DNA from: Anaeromyxobacteraceae bacterium
GTDB lineage: Bacteria > Myxococcota > Myxococcia > Myxococcales > Anaeromyxobacteraceae
Assembly (NCBI GenBank): GCA_047602405.1
Contig: JASGHJ010000001.1
Location: 1,792,001 to 1,856,000, forward strand
Direction of reading: 5' to 3'
DNA length: 64,000 bases
Shown here: positions 58,614-64,000 of the stretch, one piece after another
How the letters are laid out: each line of letters opens with the position of its first letter
Numbering within the stretch: position 1 is the stretch's first letter
Position numbers and translations under genes: made by a program
Notes under the pieces: generated by a model
The model's database searches: none
Seen by the model: only the letters and a program-made list of their open reading frames with translations
What the model was told of the DNA's origin: nothing

Positions 58614-61331
58614 ATGCACTCCATCCGGAACCTCGCGACCGGCACCAAGATCCTCCTCTCGTTCGCCCTCGCCTTCGTCCTGCTCGCCCTCGTCGGCGGC
58701 ATGGGCTGGGTCGTCTCGAACCGCATCGGCGCAGCGCTCACCGAGGTGACCGAGACGCAGTTCCCGGCGGTGCAGGCGCTCGCCACCGTGAACGAGGCGC
58801 GGACCGCGGTCGAGAAGGAGCTCTACGGCGCGCTCGTGAAGCGGTCCGACGAGGCCACCCGCACGGCCGCCTTCGAGGCGCTCGCCGCGATCTGGAAGCG
58901 GATGGACGCGGGCACGGCCGCCTTCGAGGCCCTGCCGCGGGAGGACGACGTCCGGCTGGCCTGGGATGCCTCGAAGCGCTCGTCGGGCGAGTGGCGGCGC
59001 GCCGCCGAGGCCACCGAGGCGCTCGCGAAGGAGCGGGACCGGGTGCTCCGGTCCGGCACGCCCGCCGACGACCCCGCCGTGAAGTCGCTCGACGACCGGA
59101 TCTGGTCCCAGTTCAGCACCGCGAAGAAGCTCTACGCGGGCGCCGAGGCGGAGCTGATGGTGGTGGTGGAGCGGACGTCCGCCCACGCCTCCCACGCGCG
59201 ACAGGCGGGGGAGGAGATCGCCACCCAGGGCGTCGCCTGGGTCACGGTCGCGGTGCTCGGCGGCGGGCTCCTCGTGCTCGCCGTGGGCTGGGTGCTCGCG
59301 CGCGGCATCCGCATCACGCTCACGACGCTCGCCCGCGAGGCTGGCAAGGTCCACGACGCGGTCCGCGAGGGCCGGCTGTCGGTCCGCGGCGACGAGGCGG
59401 CCGTGACGCCGGAGTTCCGCCCCATCGTCCACGGCATCAACGAGACGCTGGACGCCTACGGCGCCCCGATCGTCCGCGCGCTGGACTACCTGCAGCGCCT
59501 CTCCCGGGGCGAGGTCCCCGCGCCCATCACCGAGCCGGCGCAGGGGGACTTCAACAACCTGAAGGACGCCCTGAACCGGCTGATCGCGACCGTGAACCGG
59601 CTCGTGACCGACGCGGGCGGGCTCGTCGAGGCCGCCGTCGCGGGCAAGCTCGGGACGCGCGCCGACGCCACGAAGCACGAGGGTGACTTCCGCAAGATCG
59701 TCGAGGGCGTGAACCGCACGCTCGACGCCGTCGTCGGGCCGCTCAACGTCGCGGCGAAGTACGTGGACGACATCGCGAAGGGCCAGATCCCGGCGAAGAT
59801 CACCGACGAGTACCGCGGCGACTTCGACGCCCTGAAGCGCAACCTCAACACGTGCATCGACGCCGTGAAGGCGCTCGTGTCGGACGCGAACGCGCTCTCG
59901 GCCGCGGCGGTGGCCGGCAAGCTCGCCACCCGCGCGGACGCCTCCCGGCACCAGGGCGACTTCCGGCGGATCGTGCAGGGCGTGAACGACACGCTCGACG
60001 CGGTCATCGGGCCGCTCAACGTCGCGGCGAGGTACGTGGACGACATCTCGAAGGGCGCCATCCCGGCGAAGATCACCGACGAGTACCGCGGCGACTTCGA
60101 CGTGCTGAAGCGGAACCTCAACACCTGCGTCGACGCCGTGAACGCGCTCGTCACCGACGCGAACCGCCTGGCCGAGGCGGCCGTCGCGGGCAAGCTCGAG
60201 ACCCGCGCCGACGCGACGAGGCACCAGGGCGACTTCCGGAAGATCGTCGAGGGCGTGAACCGCACGCTCGACGCGGTGATCGCCCCGATGAACGCCTCGG
60301 TCGCGACGCTCGAGCAGCTCGCGAAGCGGGACCTGCGCGCCCGCGTGGGGGGCAGCTACCAGGGCGACCTCGCCCGCATGAAGGACGCGGTCAACGCGAC
60401 CGGCGAGGCGCTGCACGCGGCGCTGCAGCAGGTCGCGGCCGCGGTCGAGCAGGTCTCGTCGGCCTCCACGCAGATCGCCGCCTCCTCGCAGGCGGTGGCC
60501 TCCGGCGCGTCCGAGCAGGCCTCCTCGCTCCAGGAGACGACCACCTCGGTCGAGACGCTCGCCGAGCGCACGAGGCACTCCGCCGACAGCGCCCAGCAGG
60601 CGAACCTCCTCGCGCAGGGCGCCCGCGGCGCCGCGACCGACGGCGCCGCCGCCGTGGAGCAGATGCAGGGCGTGATGACCCGGATCAAGGCCTCCGCCGA
60701 GGGGACCTCGCAGATCATCAAGGACGTCTCGGACATCGCCTTCCAGACGAACCTCCTCGCGCTCAACGCCGCGGTCGAGGCCGCGCGCGCCGGCGAGGCG
60801 GGGCGCGGGTTCGCGGTCGTCGCCGAGGAGGTCCGGTCGCTCGCGCTCCGGGCGAAGGACGCGGCGACGAAGACCGAGGAGCTCATCCGCCAGTCGGTGA
60901 AGGAGGCCGGCGAGGGCGAGGTGACCTCGAAGCACGTCGCCGGGAAGCTCGCCGAGATCGGCGGGGGCATCCAGAAGGTCTCCGACATCGTGGCCGAGAT
61001 CGCGGCCGCGGCGAACGAGCAGTCGGCCGGCATCGAGCAGGTGAACAAGGCCATCGGCGAGATGGACAAGGTCACCCAGCAGAACGCGGCCTCCGCCGAG
61101 GAGTCCTCCTCGGCGGCGAGCGAGCTGTCCGGCCAGGCCGAGGAGCTCGCCGCGATGGTCGCGGGCTTCCAGCTCGAGCGGCGCACGCTCGCCGCCTCGA
61201 CGGCACACGCGAGGCGCCCCGCCGCCGCTCCGGCGCAGGCGAAGCGCGCGGCCCCGGGCGCCAAGCCCGCCGCGCTCCCGGCGCCGAAGCGCGCGACCCA
61301 CGACGACGAGTTCCCGATGGCGGACTTCTGA
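58614..61331 (+). CDS. Methyl-accepting chemotaxis protein with 4HB-like sensor and poly-HAMP array
   Basis: Two TMs; repeated RADATxHxGDF...I..EYRGDF units; [34 protein letters not shown]. Confidence 0.95.
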   Translation: MHSIRNLATGTKILLSFALAFVLLALVGGMGWVVSNRIGAALTEVTETQFPAVQALATVNEARTAVEKELYGALVKRSDEATRTAAFEALAAIWKRMDAGTAAFEALPREDDVRLAWDASKRSSGEWRRAAEATEALAKERDRVLRSGTPADDPAVKSLDDRIWSQFSTAKKLYAGAEAELMVVVERTSAHASHARQAGEEIATQGVAWVTVAVLGGGLLVLAVGWVLARGIRITLTTLAREAGKVHDAVREGRLSVRGDEAAVTPEFRPIVHGINETLDAYGAPIVRALDYLQRLSRGEVPAPITEPAQGDFNNLKDALNRLIATVNRLVTDAGGLVEAAVAGKLGTRADATKHEGDFRKIVEGVNRTLDAVVGPLNVAAKYVDDIAKGQIPAKITDEYRGDFDALKRNLNTCIDAVKALVSDANALSAAAVAGKLATRADASRHQGDFRRIVQGVNDTLDAVIGPLNVAARYVDDISKGAIPAKITDEYRGDFDVLKRNLNTCVDAVNALVTDANRLAEAAVAGKLETRADATRHQGDFRKIVEGVNRTLDAVIAPMNASVATLEQLAKRDLRARVGGSYQGDLARMKDAVNATGEALHAALQQVAAAVEQVSSASTQIAASSQAVASGASEQASSLQETTTSVETLAERTRHSADSAQQANLLAQGARGAATDGAAAVEQMQGVMTRIKASAEGTSQIIKDVSDIAFQTNLLALNAAVEAARAGEAGRGFAVVAEEVRSLALRAKDAATKTEELIRQSVKEAGEGEVTSKHVAGKLAEIGGGIQKVSDIVAEIAAAANEQSAGIEQVNKAIGEMDKVTQQNAASAEESSSAASELSGQAEELAAMVAGFQLERRTLAASTAHARRPAAAPAQAKRAAPGAKPAALPAPKRATHDDEFPMADF
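59634..60290 (+). repeat. 273-bp (91-aa) intragenic tandem di-HAMP repeat
   Basis: GGCAAGCTC anchors at 59643, 59916 and 60189. Confidence 0.85.
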
Positions 61332-61417
61332 GCCTCGCGGCGGCCCCGGGGCCCCGGCCGGCACTGCCTGGTTGGGGCCTCACGGCGCACGCGGGGGCCT
61401 GCCGCTAGAATCGCCCG

Positions 61418-63025
61418 GTGACCGGCTCGCGCACGGACGTCGCGCGCGGCCGTGCCGCCTACGCGGCACGGCGCTGGGTCGATGCGTTCGAGGCCCTGGG
61501 CCGGGCCGACCAGGCTCGCCCGCTCGGGGCGCAGGATCTGGAGCGGCTCGCCTGGTCGGCCGCGATGCTGGGGCAGGGCGAGGTGCTCATCGCCACCCTC
61601 GAGCGGCAGCACGCGCGGTGCCTAGAGGAGGGGGACGAGCCCCAGGCCGCGCGGGCGGCCTTCTGGATCGGCTTTCGCCTGCTCTCCCTCGGCGAGGTCG
61701 CGCGCGCATCGGGGTGGTTCGGCGTCGCGGGGCGCCTGCGCGCGCCGGACGATCACGCGCTGCGCGGCTGGCTCCTCCTCCCGGAGATCTACCGGCGGCA
61801 GCGCAGCGGGGAGCTCGACGGGGCCTTCGAGCTCGCGGGCGAGGCGGCCGCAGCGGGCGAGCGGGCGGGCGACGATGATCTCCTCGCGTTCGCGAGGACC
61901 CAGCAGGGCGCCTCGCGCCTTCGCCAGGGCCGCGCGCGCGAGGGCCTCGCGCTGCTCGACGAGGCGATGGTGATCGTCACGCGCGCGGACCTGCGGCCGA
62001 TCGTCACCGGCCTCGTCTACTGCACCCTCATCTCGGGCTGCGCCCGGGTGTTCGCGCTCGACCGCGCGCGGGAATGGACGGGCGCGCTGTCGCGCTGGTG
62101 CGAGACCCAGCCGCAGCTCGTGGCGTTCACCGGGCCCTGCCTCGTGCACCGGGCCGAGATCCTCGAGCTCGACGGTCGCTGGCACGCCTCCATCGAGGAG
62201 GCGCGCCGCGTGGCGCCGCGCGACGCGTTCGCCGCCGGGGCGGCCGCGTACCAGCGCGGCCAGATCCACCGCCTGCTCGGAGAGCTGGAGGGCGCGGAGG
62301 CCGCCTACGAGGAGGCGAGCCGGGCCGGGCGGGATCCGCAGCCGGGGCTCGCCCTGCTCCGCCTCGCGCAGGGGAAGGTCGACGCAGCGGTCCGCTCGAT
62401 CGCGCGGGCCGTGTCCGCCACGGACGATCCCCTGCTCCGGGCCCGGCTCCTGCCCGCGCAGGTGGAGATCCTGCTCGCGGCGGCCGATCTCGCGGGCGCG
62501 GAGGCCGCGGCGGACGAGCTCCTTGCCACCGCGGGAAGCACCGACTCGCCGGTGCTCGGCGCCGTGGCCGACCAGGCGTGCGGCGCGGTGCACCTCGCGC
62601 GCGCGCAGGCGGCGCCCGCCCTCGCCGCGCTGCGCCGGTCGCTCGATGCCTGGACGGCGCTCGAGGCGCCGTACCTCGCGGCCCGGGTGCGCGAGCTCGC
62701 CGGCCTCGCCTGCGGCGCGCTGGGCGACGCCGACGGCGAGCGCCTGGAGCTCGACGCGGCGCGGGCCGTATACGAGCGGCTGGGCGCCGCGCCGGACCTG
62801 GCCCGCCTCGCCCGGCGCGCGCGGCCGCGCGCGGGCGGGCTGACGGGCCGCGAGCTCGAGGTGCTCCGGCTGGTCGCCGCGGGCCGGACGAACGGCGCCA
62901 TCGCCCGCGCGCTCGGCCTGAGCGAGAAGACGGTGGACCGCCACCTCTCCAACATCCTCCGCAAGCTCGAGGTGCAGTCTCGCGCCGCCGCCGCGGCCCA
63001 CGCCGTGCGGACCGGCCTCCTCTGA
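61418..63025 (+). CDS. TPR-like/LuxR C-terminal HTH transcriptional regulator
   Basis: GLTGRELEVLRLVAAGRTNGAIARALGLSEKTVDRHLSNI; YC...C...RAREWT...WC, CLVHRAEI. Confidence 0.9.
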   Translation: MTGSRTDVARGRAAYAARRWVDAFEALGRADQARPLGAQDLERLAWSAAMLGQGEVLIATLERQHARCLEEGDEPQAARAAFWIGFRLLSLGEVARASGWFGVAGRLRAPDDHALRGWLLLPEIYRRQRSGELDGAFELAGEAAAAGERAGDDDLLAFARTQQGASRLRQGRAREGLALLDEAMVIVTRADLRPIVTGLVYCTLISGCARVFALDRAREWTGALSRWCETQPQLVAFTGPCLVHRAEILELDGRWHASIEEARRVAPRDAFAAGAAAYQRGQIHRLLGELEGAEAAYEEASRAGRDPQPGLALLRLAQGKVDAAVRSIARAVSATDDPLLRARLLPAQVEILLAAADLAGAEAAADELLATAGSTDSPVLGAVADQACGAVHLARAQAAPALAALRRSLDAWTALEAPYLAARVRELAGLACGALGDADGERLELDAARAVYERLGAAPDLARLARRARPRAGGLTGRELEVLRLVAAGRTNGAIARALGLSEKTVDRHLSNILRKLEVQSRAAAAAHAVRTGLL

Positions 63026-63080
63026 CGTGGGTGGAACCACCCACGTCGCGCCCGGGTGGGGCATGGGGACGACCCCCGAA
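63024..63080. promoter_or_regulatory. Palindromic operator plus a second degenerate box upstream of the monooxygenase
   Basis: GACGTGGGTGG-AA-CCACCCACGTC perfect 11-bp arms; ATGGGGACGACCCCCGA downstream. Confidence 0.55.
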
Positions 63081-63137
63081 GCCGCACACCGCCCTCCCGC
63101 GCCACATTGCTCCCGGACGCTGGAACGGGAGGATGCG

Positions 63138-64000
63138 ATGGAGCCGACGGCGGTGGTGGTGGACGCGGCGGAGGCCCTGCAGGCGGAGGCGCGCGGGACG
63201 GACCGCAGGCCGGCGGCGGCGCCGGCCGAGGTGCTCGACGTCGTGGTGGTGGGCGCGGGCCAGGCCGGGCTCGCGGTCGGCCACCACCTCGCGCGCCAGG
63301 GGCTGCGGTTCGCGATCCTGGAGGGCGGCGCGCGGGTGGGCGACAGCTGGCGGAACCGGTGGGACTCCCTGCGGCTGTTCTCGCCGGCGCCGTACGACGG
63401 CCTGCCGGGCGTGCCGTTCCCCGGGGGCAGGGGCGACTTCCCGACGAAGGACGAGATGGCCGACTACCTCGAGGCCTACGCGGGCCGCTTCGCGCTCCCG
63501 GTGCGCACGCGGGTGCGTGTGGAGCGGGTCACCCGGGCCGACGGGCGCTACCGCGTGGAGACGGGCGGGCGCCCGCTCGAGGCCCGCCACGTGGTGGTCG
63601 CGATGGGCACCTACCAGCGGCCCCGGATCCCCGCGTTCGCGGCGGAGCTCGCGCCCGGGATCGTCCAGCTCCACTCGAGCGCGTACCGGCGCCCGTCGCA
63701 GCTAGCGCCCGGCGGCGACGTGCTGCTCGTGGGGGCCGGCAACTCCGGCGCGGAGCTCGGGAAGGAGCTCGCCTCCGCGGGGCGCAGGGTCGTCCTCGCC
63801 GGGCGGAGCGTGGGCGAGATCCCGTTCTCGATCGAGAGCACCCTCGGGCGCACCGTGCTCGCCCGGCTCGTGCTCGGCCTCGTGTTCAACCACGTCCTGA
63901 CGATCCGCACGCCCCCGGGGCGCAAGGCGCGCGAGGCGCTGCTCTCGGGCGGCGGGCCGCTGATCCGGGTCCGCGAGCGCGACCTCGCCCGGCTCGGCGT
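63138..64000 (+). CDS. Flavin-containing monooxygenase (CzcO/FMO-like), 3'-partial
   Basis: ATG 63138 with GGAGG SD; VVVGAGQAGL, GDSWRNRWDSLRLFSP, LHSSAYR, VGAGNSG; runs off window. Confidence 0.88.
   Translation, partial: MEPTAVVVDAAEALQAEARGTDRRPAAAPAEVLDVVVVGAGQAGLAVGHHLARQGLRFAILEGGARVGDSWRNRWDSLRLFSPAPYDGLPGVPFPGGRGDFPTKDEMADYLEAYAGRFALPVRTRVRVERVTRADGRYRVETGGRPLEARHVVVAMGTYQRPRIPAFAAELAPGIVQLHSSAYRRPSQLAPGGDVLLVGAGNSGAELGKELASAGRRVVLAGRSVGEIPFSIESTLGRTVLARLVLGLVFNHVLTIRTPPGRKAREALLSGGGPLIRVRERDLARLG

Overview
Very GC-rich chromosomal segment from a Myxococcota bacterium, most likely Anaeromyxobacter-like. This rests on a myxobacterial RecA2-type N-terminus, a DUF2378 paralogue, a giant CxxCH/Cx3-4CH cytochrome and a myxobacterial HNH remnant. 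About 50 genes can be supported. They include a phoBR-porin-pstSCAB-phoU cluster running directly into acr3-arsC, a sulfonate/nitrate-type ABC system with a permease-SBP fusion, a ufaD/DUF1365/cfa-like lipid-modification operon, an ABC-F, a 37-heme-motif lipoprotein cytochrome, a TatT-type TRAP system, msrPQ, rpe, rsmB-fmt, recA, thpR, an S46 peptidase, a poly-HAMP MCP and a LuxR/flavin-monooxygenase pair. No rRNA, tRNA, CRISPR array or intact IS was seen. The most interesting signals are non-coding. (1) The same ECF-type promoter motif (CGCATCCGGG-N14-CGAA) precedes both the ufa/cfa operon and msrPQ, and a CarH/CarA-like 11-bp repeat operator sits at the ufa/cfa operon, suggesting a light/singlet-oxygen regulon. 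(2) A ~50-bp palindromic repeat family with mostly C-GNA-G loops occurs as 7 clear copies plus 2 degenerate ones; two copies lie inside protein-coding sequence. (3) Three PHO-box arrays occur, one of them internal to the pst operon. (4) An intact LexA-box promoter sits in front of a decayed HNH gene. (5) TANNNT-N6-start signatures of leaderless genes recur. All calls were made by eye without database searches.
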